From the NCBI GenBank assembly GCA_963664405.1, contig OY761158.1, positions 5,120,001-5,184,000 of the forward strand: 64,000 nucleotides of DNA, read 5' to 3'. The notes under the pieces are model-generated. The model worked only from the letters and a program-made list of their open reading frames with translations. It made no database searches and had not been told where the DNA came from. Every line of letters starts with the position of its first letter. The first letter of the stretch is position 1. This DNA is from Thermoanaerobaculia bacterium (GTDB lineage: Bacteria > Acidobacteriota > Thermoanaerobaculia > Multivoradales > Multivoraceae). Made by a program: the position numbers and the translations under genes. Shown here one piece after another: positions 1-9,496 of the stretch.

Positions 1-312
1 GGGGCCGACCTGGCCCGCGGCGATGAAACTGTCGAAGCCGGCTCCGGAGCCGAGATCGACAACCCGCTCGCCTTTGGCCAAGCGGCGGAGGGCAAAGGGG
101 TTGGCCACGCCCGCGAAGCTCTCGACAGCGACGTCGGGGAGCGAGTCCACGGTCGCCTGGTCGTAGCCAAGCCTGGCGGCGAGGGGTCGGCCGGTGTGAA
201 AGTGGTAGGTCGCGTTGGGCTCGACCGCCACCTCGCGGTACTTCTGCTTGACCTGGTCCCGCAGTGCCTCCGCGTCGACCATGATCTCCTGCTCGAGGTT
301 GGATGTGCTCAT
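1..312 (-). CDS. Class I SAM-dependent methyltransferase, ArsM-like (runs off window, 3' partial)
   Basis: Manual translation from ATG at 312: MSTSNLEQEIMVDAEALRDQVKQKYREVAVEP...YHFHTGRPLA...ERVVDLGSGAGFDSFIAAGQVGP; SAM motif I DLGSGAG. Absent from the ORF track because no stop lies in the window. Confidence 0.8.
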   Translation of the reverse strand, partial: MSTSNLEQEIMVDAEALRDQVKQKYREVAVEPNATYHFHTGRPLAARLGYDQATVDSLPDVAVESFAGVANPFALRRLAKGERVVDLGSGAGFDSFIAAGQVGP

Positions 313-363
313 GATGCGGTTCACGCTACCGCACTGCGCGAGCTCTCGAAGCACGGCGCGCTA

Positions 364-524
364 GTGTCCCGTGTGGGAAGTTCGTTGACCACCGAGAGCG
401 TCGAGGCGCCCGCTGGGCAAGGCGCTCCGAGGCAGGCATAGCTGGGACTCTGTCGACGAGGAGCAACGCCGCCCAGCGGGATGCATCGGCGCTCGAATGG
501 CAACGAACTTTCCGCACGGGACAC
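364..524. repeat. MITE-like palindromic element, copy A (161 bp, in CTAG/TA context)
   Basis: Terminal inverted repeats ctagtgtcccgtgtgggaagttcgttg ... caacgaactttccgcacgggacactag; inner stem cccgctgggc/gcccagcggg; core shared with the element at 29810-29969. Confidence 0.8.
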
Positions 525-1486
525 TAGGCCGTGGCTTCGATCGGTGGCGGCGGGGGAGGATCCTCGGAGGGCGGGCCTGCGGGCGCCTCCGCCGGCACCA
601 GGTCGCCGTCGAACTGAGCAAGAAACTCGAGAGTGAAGCTGCGGTAAAAGACCGAGATCGGTAGCAGGACCACCGAGTTGATGTAGGGGATCATCAGCAG
701 CAGGAAGCCGAGACAGCAGGTCATGCACCCGAAAGTGAAGACGAGGATCACGACCCCCACGCCGAGAACAAGCGCCAGCAGCCCGCACAGAATGAACGCC
801 AGAGCGTTGTGCCGGAGCAGGTCGAAGAACTGGCGCCAACCGTCGAGGACTCCGAGGCCGTAGCGGTGCATCAAAGGTACGACGAAGGCGTCGAGGAAGA
901 AAATGGCGTAGAAGATGGCGAGGATGAGCGCGACGAAGCTGCTGATCGCGAGGGCGACGATCGCGATCGAGGCGGTGGTGTCGACCTTGTCCCAGAAACT
1001 GAAGCCGACCGTACCCGCGATGGCGAGGCCGGTGCTGCCGATCAGGATGATGCAGCCCAGAAAAAAGAGGATTCGGAAGAAGAAGAGGGAGTTCCCCTGC
1101 ATGCGAAACCGCTTCCACGGATCGACAACCAACGCTCGGTTGAAGAGGACATTGTCGAGAAACATGAATTTACCGCGAGAGCTGACCCAGAGCGCGGCGA
1201 CGACAAGGGCGATCAGAATGACGCAGCCGAGAGCGACGAGGGTGATCCACAGGCTGTTGCCGACGATGGTTTCCCAAAGGTTGGCGAGGCCATCGCCGTT
1301 GCTCTTGTCTCCCGACGAGGGGCCGGCGCTCGAGCCTCCTCCGCCTCCGCCGCTGGCGAGCCCGGCGAGCCATGCCGTAAACCCGAGGACGAACCACTTC
1401 TTGATACTGAAGGGCCGAAACAAGGCGTCGGTCATGCGCTTCCAGGCGCGTGACAGTGGCTCGGAGAAGGAGAACTCAGTCGTCAT
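524..1486 (-). CDS. Multi-pass membrane protein of unknown function
   Basis: 320-aa ORF with several hydrophobic segments, a Gly-rich loop and a Pro-rich tail. Confidence 0.75.
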   Translation of the reverse strand: MTTEFSFSEPLSRAWKRMTDALFRPFSIKKWFVLGFTAWLAGLASGGGGGGSSAGPSSGDKSNGDGLANLWETIVGNSLWITLVALGCVILIALVVAALWVSSRGKFMFLDNVLFNRALVVDPWKRFRMQGNSLFFFRILFFLGCIILIGSTGLAIAGTVGFSFWDKVDTTASIAIVALAISSFVALILAIFYAIFFLDAFVVPLMHRYGLGVLDGWRQFFDLLRHNALAFILCGLLALVLGVGVVILVFTFGCMTCCLGFLLLMIPYINSVVLLPISVFYRSFTLEFLAQFDGDLVPAEAPAGPPSEDPPPPPPIEATA

Positions 1487-1581
1487 GGGCGTCCTCGGTC
1501 TTATTGCGCATCGGTCTACTGACTATTCATACGTAACCGACGGCCTCTTGTTCGATGCCTGCGCTCCCGGCCCCGGAGGGT

Positions 1582-2748
1582 TCAATCCTTTGCCACGAAG
1601 CGAATGCAGATCGGCGCCGGCATTTCTATCTTGGTGCCCGTGGCCGTCAACCTGCCTGTCTTCGGCTCGATTCGAAAGACGAAGACGTCGTTCGATCTTT
1701 GGTTCGCCGCCAGCAGATACTTTCCGCTGGGTCCGATACGGAAATTCCGCGGCCAATCGCCCCCGGTCTTGACCCGTTCGACTTCGGTCAAGAGACCGCT
1801 CGACTCCTCGAGCGCGAATACGGTCAAGCTGTTGTCGCCCCTGTTGGAGCCGTAGAGAACCCGGCCGTTGGGGTGGACCAGAACTTCAGCGGTCGTACTC
1901 TTTGGACCGGAATAGTCCGGGGGCAGCGTCGTAATCGTCTGGATGTGCCTCAGGTCCCCCGTGGCACCGAGGTATTCGAGAGCGGTGACCGTCGAGCCGA
2001 GCTCGTTGATGGCATAGGCCCAGCGTCCGTTGGGGTGAAAGGTGAAGTGTCGCGGGCCGGAGCCGGGGGCCATCATGACTTTGACGTCGTGATTACGTTT
2101 CAACTCGGCGGTGGCGGGATTGATCCGATAGACCACGAGCTCGTCGGTCCCCAGGTCGGGAACCACCACCCACTTGTCGTTGGGGCTGAAGTTCGAGGAA
2201 TGGGGATGGGGCTCCCCCTGGCGGTCAGGGTTGATGCTCGATCCCACATGCTGCTCTTTTGAAACCAGCCTGCCCAGACGTCCGTCCGATTCGAGGGTCA
2301 TGGAGACGACGTTGCCGTCGAAGTAGTTGGCGGCGACGAGGGCTCTGCCACGACTGTCGACGGCAACGTGGGCCGCACCGACTCCGGTGGTCGCGACGCG
2401 GTTCAATCTCCGCAGCGAGCCATCCTCTCTGTCGATCGTGTAGGCGTGGGCAAACCCTGTCGGTCGATCGCCGTCGCTCTCCTCTCGGCCGACTGCATAG
2501 AGGAATCGCTCACTGGGATGGATGGCCAGGAACCCTGGACGTCCGACCTTTGCGACCTGCCGCGGCGCCGACAGCATCCCGGTTTCGGTGTCGAAGGACG
2601 ACACGTAGATGTGCTCGGCGCTGGTGCCGAAGTAGACCCAATAGTCTTTAGCGCTGAGCGCCTGCGTCACGAGCAAGCCAAGGAGCCAACATCCCAGGAG
2701 GAGAGCGGTCCGCAGAGACCTCGATCGCGGCCTTTCGAGGTCATTCAC
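1582..2748 (-). CDS. Lactonase family (6-phosphogluconolactonase-like) beta-propeller, exported
   Basis: Motifs HPHS, PDLGTD, GSGPRHFTFHPNG, YGSNRGDNS, GDWPRNF; N-terminal signal peptide. Confidence 0.9.
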   Translation of the reverse strand: MNDLERPRSRSLRTALLLGCWLLGLLVTQALSAKDYWVYFGTSAEHIYVSSFDTETGMLSAPRQVAKVGRPGFLAIHPSERFLYAVGREESDGDRPTGFAHAYTIDREDGSLRRLNRVATTGVGAAHVAVDSRGRALVAANYFDGNVVSMTLESDGRLGRLVSKEQHVGSSINPDRQGEPHPHSSNFSPNDKWVVVPDLGTDELVVYRINPATAELKRNHDVKVMMAPGSGPRHFTFHPNGRWAYAINELGSTVTALEYLGATGDLRHIQTITTLPPDYSGPKSTTAEVLVHPNGRVLYGSNRGDNSLTVFALEESSGLLTEVERVKTGGDWPRNFRIGPSGKYLLAANQRSNDVFVFRIEPKTGRLTATGTKIEMPAPICIRFVAKD

Positions 2749-3145
2749 CCTTGATCACGAGACCCATCACCGCGCCTCCCAGAACCGAGGCGATGATATC
2801 CATCCCGCCATGGCACCAGGCCAGGTAGTAGGGGAAGCCGTTGTACACCAGAGCGTCATAGAAGTTGAGGAAGAAGGGGACTAGACCGGCGATGAGGCCG
2901 AAGGTCGCACCGCCCGCCAGGCCCGCCGCCCACGATCCGCGGGTTTTGGCGAAGAGGATCGCGAGGGCGATGCCGATCGCGATCGAGACGACGAAGAACC
3001 AGGCGACGCCACTACCGGTTTGGTCAAAGAGGTCGGGAAGACCGGTGTAGGCCGACCCCATGATGACGCCGTGCATCACGAAGTTGGCGATGTTCATAAC
3101 GACGCCGGCAATCACGCCGGCGAGAAGAGTCTTCGACCAGTTCAT
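2741..3145 (-). CDS. Small membrane protein (about 4 TM), unknown function
   Basis: 134-aa hydrophobic ORF overlapping the lactonase start by 8 nt. Confidence 0.75.
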   Translation of the reverse strand: MNWSKTLLAGVIAGVVMNIANFVMHGVIMGSAYTGLPDLFDQTGSGVAWFFVVSIAIGIALAILFAKTRGSWAAGLAGGATFGLIAGLVPFFLNFYDALVYNGFPYYLAWCHGGMDIIASVLGGAVMGLVIKGE

Positions 3146-3205
3146 GGCGATCCTCCCGAGACCAAGTCAGAGTTGTGGGGGCCCGGCTAGTATACGCTGC
3201 CGCCC

Positions 3206-4819
3206 ATGAGTGACAGCGATGGCGCTTCGACGCCGGAAGCGGCGCCCGCGGCCATCGGGGCTGGCGTTACCAGCTACTCGTGGTACGCGCTCTCGATCCT
3301 GGTCGTCTGCAAGCTCTTCAACTACCTCGACCGCAACATCCTGTCGATCCTCGCCGAGGAGCTGAAGCTGGATCTGGGTCTGTCCGATGCCCAGATCGGC
3401 TTCCTCTACGGCACTGCCTTCGCCGTCTTCTTCGCCGTCTTCGGCATTCCCTTCGGACGCTTGGCTGACGCCTGGGTGCGCAAGAACCTCATCGCCTGGG
3501 GTCTGATGTCCTGGAGCTTGATGACGGCCCTCAGCGGAACGGCACGCAGCTTCGGGTCGTTGGCGGCGTACCGCATCGGAGTCGGGGTTGGAGAGTCGAC
3601 CCTGGCGCCTTCGGCCTACTCGATGCTCGTCGACCTCTTTCCCGCGCGACTGCGGGCGACGGCCCTGGCGCTCTACTCGAGCGGCACAACCATAGGCGCC
3701 GGTGTTGGGTTCTTTCTTGGCGGTTGGATTCTCGACACCTGGAATAGCTCCTTTCCGGATGGCTCAGCCCCCTTCGGCCTCCGGGCCTGGCAGGCAGCCT
3801 ACCTCTTGGTCGGCCTTCCGGGTGTGCTGATGGCGATGTGGGTGTTCACCCTCAGAGAGCCGGTGAGAGGACAACAGGATCCAGTGCTCGCCAAACCGAT
3901 GGATACGGTTCATCCTTGGCGCGAGTTCGCGACGGTCATTCCACCGCTGACCCTGTTCAATGTTTGGCGCGCTGGCGCCGGCGCCAAGGGGCTCGCGATC
4001 AACCTGGCGGTCGCCTCCGGCCTCAGTGTCACCGCATGGCAGATGACGGCCCGCCTCGGCGAGCCGGCGCAGTGGTGGGCTCTCGGCCTCGGACTCTACG
4101 CCGGCTTCTCGTGGGCGCAGGCTCTGCGCCTCCGCGATCCGGAGACCTTCCGTTGCATCTTCCTCAACCGCGCCTATCTGAGCGCCACCATCGGCTTCGC
4201 GGGACTCGCCTTTGTCACCAATGGTCTCGCCTTCTGGACCGCACCCTTCTTACTCCGCTCCTACGACACCACTCCGACGCGGGTGGGGTTGATGATGGCG
4301 GTCGGCTCGATCGTCGGCGGGTTCATCGGCATGTTCGTCGGCGGTGTCCTCTCCGACCGCCTCAAGGCTCGTCGGCCCACCGGTCGGGTCGACATGGGTT
4401 TGCTCTCCGCCGCCCTCGGTGTGCCTCTCTACATCTTGATGGTCCATGCCCCCAGCCTCGAGGCCGCCTTCGTCTATTTCATGCTGATGATCGCTTCGGC
4501 TTCGATCTGGCTGGGCCCTGGAGCGGCCAGCTCCACCGAGCTGGTACCCGCCGAGATGCGATCGACGGCGGCTGCGGTCTATCTCTATGTCGCTCTCTAT
4601 CTCGGTTTCGGATCGGGTCCGTACACGGTCGGCAAGGTGAGCGACTTGTTGGCGGCGGCCGGCCAGACGCCCGCCGAGTCGCTGGGTAATGCCATGCTTC
4701 TGAGCCTGCTCTTTTGGATCCTACCGGTGACCTTGCTATGGCGGTCTCGAAAACTGATCGGACCGGCCGAGGCCGCCCTGGCAGCGATGAATCGACCCGA
4801 TGAGTCGCAATCGCCATGA
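3206..4819 (+). CDS. MFS transporter, Spinster-like
   Basis: FNYLDRNILSIL, GRLADAW-R (motif A), RIGVGVGES; about 12 TM segments. Confidence 0.9.
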   Translation: MSDSDGASTPEAAPAAIGAGVTSYSWYALSILVVCKLFNYLDRNILSILAEELKLDLGLSDAQIGFLYGTAFAVFFAVFGIPFGRLADAWVRKNLIAWGLMSWSLMTALSGTARSFGSLAAYRIGVGVGESTLAPSAYSMLVDLFPARLRATALALYSSGTTIGAGVGFFLGGWILDTWNSSFPDGSAPFGLRAWQAAYLLVGLPGVLMAMWVFTLREPVRGQQDPVLAKPMDTVHPWREFATVIPPLTLFNVWRAGAGAKGLAINLAVASGLSVTAWQMTARLGEPAQWWALGLGLYAGFSWAQALRLRDPETFRCIFLNRAYLSATIGFAGLAFVTNGLAFWTAPFLLRSYDTTPTRVGLMMAVGSIVGGFIGMFVGGVLSDRLKARRPTGRVDMGLLSAALGVPLYILMVHAPSLEAAFVYFMLMIASASIWLGPGAASSTELVPAEMRSTAAAVYLYVALYLGFGSGPYTVGKVSDLLAAAGQTPAESLGNAMLLSLLFWILPVTLLWRSRKLIGPAEAALAAMNRPDESQSP

Positions 4820-4835
4820 TCGGAATCGGGGTCCC

Positions 4836-7800
4836 GTGAGCGCTCTCGACGATCTACATGTGCTCGACCTGACGACCTCGATGGCCGGTGCCTGGTGCAC
4901 TCGCCTGCTCGCCGATCTCGGCGCCGATGTCGTCTTGGTCGAGCCGCCGGCGGGGCATCCACTGCGCCGGCTGCGACCGCTGACGGCCGACGGCTCGAGC
5001 ATTCCCGCGCGCTACGTGCAGGCCAATAAGCGATCGTTGGCGGCCGACCTGGAGACCGATGACGGACGTCGAAGGGTGGCGTCAGTGGCGGCGACGAGCG
5101 ATGTCGTCGTCGACAGCCACTCGCCGGGGGAGCTCGCCCGCTTCGGGCTCGACTTCGAGACCCTGGAGCGGCAGCGGCCGGGTATCGTCGTCGCTTCGAT
5201 CACGCCGCATGGGCAGAGCGGCGAGCGACAGCGCCACGCCGGCAACGAGCTGACAGCCTTCGCACTCTCCGGTTGGGCGTCGATTAACGGCCGGGCCGAG
5301 GGTCCGCCGTTGAAGGGTGGTGGCCACCTGGGCTCGTACCTCGCCGGTACCGCCGCCTGCGGCGCTGTACTGGCGGCGCTGTGGGCGCGCGACGAGCGCG
5401 GCATTGGGCAAACCATCGATCTAGCCGAGACCGAGCTCCTCTTGGAGATGTTTGCTCCTGGTGTGCTGTCGGCGCTGCACAGCGGCCTGCAGTCGCGCGG
5501 GGGCAGACGGGATCTTCACGGCGGGGCGATGCTGAAAACCAAAGACGGCCACTTCGCCTTCTCTTTGACCCGTGGAGCACGCTGGGCGGAGGCGCTGGTG
5601 GCTCTCGGCCTCGAAGAGCTGGCTGCCGACGAGCGCTTCGGCTCCGAGGAGGGGCGCACCAGCGCCGACTTCATCGCCGCGGTCGAGGCCCGGGTCGCGG
5701 AGCTCGACAAAATGGAGATGTTCGAGAAGCTGGCGCCCGTGCGCACCGCCGGGGGGCCGGTCCTGAACCTAGCCGAGCTCGCCTCCAACGAGCATCTGCG
5801 GGCGAGGTGCTTCTTCGTGCGACCTGACGACAACGAAGACGGGCCCGAGTTTCCCGGCGCTCCTTTTCGCATGCCGCACTCACCTTGGCGTCTGCGGCGC
5901 TCCGCGCCGGCGCCGGGCGAGCACAGTGAAGAGGTGTTGGCGGAGCTCGAGGGGCGGGAGATGCGGTTGCCCAACGCATCGTCGCCGGCGGCTGAGCCCG
6001 TCTCGGACGACGCTCCGCCGCTGGCCGGCCTGCGCGTGATCGCCTTCACCCACGCCTGGGTGGGGCCCTTCTGCGCCGAGCTGCTGGCCCTGAACGGCGC
6101 CGACGTCGTCCAGGTCGAGTCGCGGCAGCGGCCGGATGAGTTCCGAGCCGGCATCTTCGAGGGCGAAGTGCCGCCCAAGCTGAGAGATGTGACGAGCGCG
6201 GTCAATTCGTGGAACTGCCAGCCGCAGTACAACGCCGTCAATCTCAACAAGCGTGCGATCACTCTCGATCTCAAGACGCCGGAGGGTGCCGATCTCTTAC
6301 AGCGCCTGGTCGCGGAGGCGGATGTCGTGGTCGAAAACTTCTCGGTGCGAGTGAAAGAGCGCCTCGGCATCGGCTACGAGGCGCTGCGTTGCACGAATCC
6401 CGACCTGGTGATGGTGAGCATCAGCGGCTATGGCCAGACCGGTCCGTGGCGGGAGCGCCTCGCCGGTGGCGGCCAGATTGAGGCGAGCTGCGGCATGTCG
6501 TCGCTGATGGGAGATGCCGAGGAGCCGATGAATTACAGCCGCACGATCGCAGATCCGACGGCCGGCTACTACGCCTTCGTGGCGGTGCTCGCCGCACTGC
6601 GCCATCGCCGGCGAACAGGGGAGGGGCAGCACGTCGACCTGGCGATGCAGGAGGCAAACCACTGTTGTGTCGGCGATGCCATGCTCGAGTACTTCGAGAC
6701 CGGCCGGGTGCGCGAGCGCATGGGCAACCGGCATCTGAGCTTCGCGCCACACGGCGTCTATCCGGCGCGGGGTGAGGAGCGCTGGGTGGCACTGGCGGCG
6801 GAGAACGAGGCGCAGTGGCGGGAGCTGTGTAGGATCGCGAAGCGGCCGCGGTGGCTGGAAGACCCTCGCTTCCTCGGCAACGGCGGGCGCAAGCATAACG
6901 AAGACGCCCTCGACGAGGCGATTGCCGAGTGGACGGTGACGCGAGGGCGAGACCGGCTGGCGCAGGAGCTAGCCGGTGCCGGGCTGCCGGCGGCGCCGGT
7001 TCTCGACGCCGTCGAGGTCTCGGCCGACACGGTCTTCCGGCAGCGAGGCGTCGTCGCCGACGTGGCTCACCCGGAGACCGGAAGCTGGCCCCAGGTCGGG
7101 ATCCCGTACCATTACTCGCGGACGCCGATTTGGGTCGACCGCCCGGCGCCGCTGCACGGCGAGCATTCGGCCGAGGTCTTCGCGGAGTGGGTGGGAATGG
7201 AGGAAGCAGCCTACCGGGAGCTGGAGGCGAAGGGAGTTACGGGAATGGGACCCCCGGAGGGGTGGAGAAGAGTGGTCTTCGAGGGTCGGTGGCGGAGGAT
7301 CGACTACAGTCGCCCGATCGCCAACGTTTCGATCCACGACGACGCCAAGGCGAGGGAGTACGGGTTTAGTCGCGGCTTCGGCTTCGGCGACGCGGCGATC
7401 GACGCCGTCATGCCGGCGATACTCTCCCGCTACGGTGCGCCGTGGCTGGAGGGCGGGTGGTTCGATCTCAAGCTGGTCGGTCCTCTCTACGGCGACGAGG
7501 AGGTGCGGGAGGTCGCCTACAGCGACGATCGCGAGAACGAGGCTCTGACCCTCGAGCTCGTCACCCGCGACGGACGGTTGATCTGCGTCGGTCACGCCGG
7601 GCTGGGCGTCAACCCACCCTGGGATGGATTGGAGGTCTCGCCGCAGAGCTCGGAGATCTTTCCTCAGGCTCGGCTCGGCCACAAGACCGAGGAGACAGAC
7701 TTCGCAATCCGCCGGGAGGACTACCTGGCTCTGCTCGATGCCTCCGGCAACGACTCAGCTTGGTTCCGTGAGGCCTCTCCCTGGGGCGACCCGGTGGCTC

Positions 7801-8069
7801 CACCGACAGCGCTGTTCTTCAAGATGCACGATCCCTGGCACGATCTGGGTGAGGGCATTATCGACTCTCCGCCGATCAACGCCGGCCTGCAAATGGTGAT
7901 CGATCGTCCGATCGCCCTCGGCGAGACTTGCCGAGCCAGAGGTGAGCTCGTCGACAAGGGAATATCTGGGCGGTGCTGGTTTCGGACCGTGGAGTTCGTC
8001 GTTCGTGATGCCGAAGGTCGCCGCTGCGCCGCTCTACGCCAAAAGGCCAAGTGGTTCGCGCCTGAGTAG
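4836..8069 (+). CDS. Tandem family III (CaiB/BaiF) CoA-transferase fused to C-terminal hot-dog/MaoC-like domains
   Basis: Two CaiB repeats (LDDLHVLDL...LADLGADVVLVE...NKRS; LAGLRVIAF...GADVVQVE...NLNKR) plus a ~265-aa tail (IHDDAKAREYGF, SPWGDPVAPPT). Start taken as GTG 4836. Confidence 0.85.
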   Translation: MSALDDLHVLDLTTSMAGAWCTRLLADLGADVVLVEPPAGHPLRRLRPLTADGSSIPARYVQANKRSLAADLETDDGRRRVASVAATSDVVVDSHSPGELARFGLDFETLERQRPGIVVASITPHGQSGERQRHAGNELTAFALSGWASINGRAEGPPLKGGGHLGSYLAGTAACGAVLAALWARDERGIGQTIDLAETELLLEMFAPGVLSALHSGLQSRGGRRDLHGGAMLKTKDGHFAFSLTRGARWAEALVALGLEELAADERFGSEEGRTSADFIAAVEARVAELDKMEMFEKLAPVRTAGGPVLNLAELASNEHLRARCFFVRPDDNEDGPEFPGAPFRMPHSPWRLRRSAPAPGEHSEEVLAELEGREMRLPNASSPAAEPVSDDAPPLAGLRVIAFTHAWVGPFCAELLALNGADVVQVESRQRPDEFRAGIFEGEVPPKLRDVTSAVNSWNCQPQYNAVNLNKRAITLDLKTPEGADLLQRLVAEADVVVENFSVRVKERLGIGYEALRCTNPDLVMVSISGYGQTGPWRERLAGGGQIEASCGMSSLMGDAEEPMNYSRTIADPTAGYYAFVAVLAALRHRRRTGEGQHVDLAMQEANHCCVGDAMLEYFETGRVRERMGNRHLSFAPHGVYPARGEERWVALAAENEAQWRELCRIAKRPRWLEDPRFLGNGGRKHNEDALDEAIAEWTVTRGRDRLAQELAGAGLPAAPVLDAVEVSADTVFRQRGVVADVAHPETGSWPQVGIPYHYSRTPIWVDRPAPLHGEHSAEVFAEWVGMEEAAYRELEAKGVTGMGPPEGWRRVVFEGRWRRIDYSRPIANVSIHDDAKAREYGFSRGFGFGDAAIDAVMPAILSRYGAPWLEGGWFDLKLVGPLYGDEEVREVAYSDDRENEALTLELVTRDGRLICVGHAGLGVNPPWDGLEVSPQSSEIFPQARLGHKTEETDFAIRREDYLALLDASGNDSAWFREASPWGDPVAPPTALFFKMHDPWHDLGEGIIDSPPINAGLQMVIDRPIALGETCRARGELVDKGISGRCWFRTVEFVVRDAEGRRCAALRQKAKWFAPE

Positions 8070-8409
8070 GTTCACGATCCTCGAAGAAACGAGCGAGGTC
8101 GAAGCCTTGGGAGGGAACAACCTGTGCCAGGTTGCTGCCTTCCACCAGCTCCATCGTCAGGTAGCGGAGTCCATCACTCTCCTCGATCGAGTGCAGGATG
8201 ACGATATTGGGATGGTTGAGAGAAGCGACCGCCTTCGCCTCGCGCTCGAAGCGCTCGCACCGATCCGCGTCGTCGGCCAACTCTCTTGGGAGAATCTTCA
8301 GGGCCACCTTGCGATGGAGCTTGTCGTCCATCGCCGCGTAGACCTCACCCATGCCTCCTTCGCCGAGCTTGGCGAGGATCTCGTAGTGGTCGATGCGGCT
8401 ACCGATCAC
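8070..8409 (-). pseudogene. Truncated Hanks-type Ser/Thr kinase (N-lobe only)
   Basis: GTG 8409: IGSRIDHYEILAKLGEGGMGEVY...VALK...RFEREAKAVASLNHPNI...MELVEG; homology stops before HRD/DFG where it meets the 3' end of the convergent CoA-transferase gene. Confidence 0.85.
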
Positions 8410-9368
8410 TACAGTGCAAGCTTCAGCCACGCGGGATCGTGCTCGCTGCCGTTGCCTCCGTGCAGAGTACGGCGATCGATCCATGCCTCCTGGACGGTAT
8501 TGGCAAGTGCCGGGCTAACCCATATCTGGTCGTAGAGACTGAAGCTCGCCGGCTCTCCTGTCTCCTTGCTGCGATGGGTCCAGGCGGTCGTCAGCGGTCC
8601 GGGCCCACCCTTCTCCTCCTTGGCTGGGTTGGTCTCCTGCGGATTGGCGAGGGCGTCGACCAGTCCGAGCCCAGGAGCCCGCACCATCGGCGCCAGAGCG
8701 GTTGATCTCGGTGGATCTTCCATGTCGCCGAGAATGATGTAGCGACTGCCCTGGCCCATCCGCGCTCCTACGATTCGAGCGACGGTCTCGGCCTGGCGCC
8801 GCCTTCTCTGGTCATTGAGAGCTTCGGCTTCGGGGTCGTTCTTATGGTGCTGATAGTGGCTCTCCAGGTGATTGTTGTAGAGAGTGAAAAGCACGACCGA
8901 GCGGTTGGGGCTCAAGACCTCCACCTCCTGAAGGTCACGCCCGAAGACCGGCTGCCCGGGGGCGTCGGGATGGACCGCGCTGCGGTGAGAGGTGACGGCG
9001 CCGAGCGGAAGCTTCGAGAGTACGCCGAGGTCGATCAGGCGCGGATCGTTGCCTTCGAGCACCGAAATGTGGGAGTAGAGCCCACCGAGCTGGTTGCGGT
9101 TGAAATCTTCGAGGGTGTCGAGATTCTCGACCTCCTGTACCGCGAGGACATCGACGTCCATGGCCAGGATCCGGTCACGGATGCGCTCGGTGTCCAACGT
9201 CTTTCTGGCCTTGACGAGCTTTCCGTTGTAGGTGCGCAAGCGAAAGTCCATCGGGTCGCTGAACTCGTAGCGCAGAGTTAGGCCACCCTTGAGCTCTTCA
9301 GGGGTGGCTTTGAAGTGGAACCTCGAGTAGAGATTGTTGAGGTTGAAGGTACCGACGCTGACGTGCAT
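8409..9368 (-). CDS. Endonuclease/exonuclease/phosphatase (EEP) family protein
   Basis: GTFNLNN, AVQEVE, GDMED, YDQIWVS, SEHDP; ATG 9368 preceded by a GGAG RBS. Confidence 0.85.
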   Translation of the reverse strand: MHVSVGTFNLNNLYSRFHFKATPEELKGGLTLRYEFSDPMDFRLRTYNGKLVKARKTLDTERIRDRILAMDVDVLAVQEVENLDTLEDFNRNQLGGLYSHISVLEGNDPRLIDLGVLSKLPLGAVTSHRSAVHPDAPGQPVFGRDLQEVEVLSPNRSVVLFTLYNNHLESHYQHHKNDPEAEALNDQRRRRQAETVARIVGARMGQGSRYIILGDMEDPPRSTALAPMVRAPGLGLVDALANPQETNPAKEEKGGPGPLTTAWTHRSKETGEPASFSLYDQIWVSPALANTVQEAWIDRRTLHGGNGSEHDPAWLKLAL

Positions 9369-9496
9369 GGAGTCCTCCTTACTCGAGGTCCTGGAGAGGA
9401 GCATCGCCGCGCAGGAACACCCGCCCTGCTCGAGGACGGCTTCTTCTCAAGGCTGGTTATTGACTAATCTGTCTAAGAGTATACGCCAAACAGGTG

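Noticed and set aside
1-312. Possible selenoprotein methyltransferase
   Set aside because: Some ArsM-like proteins contain Sec, but no in-frame UGA or SECIS is visible in the part inside the window.
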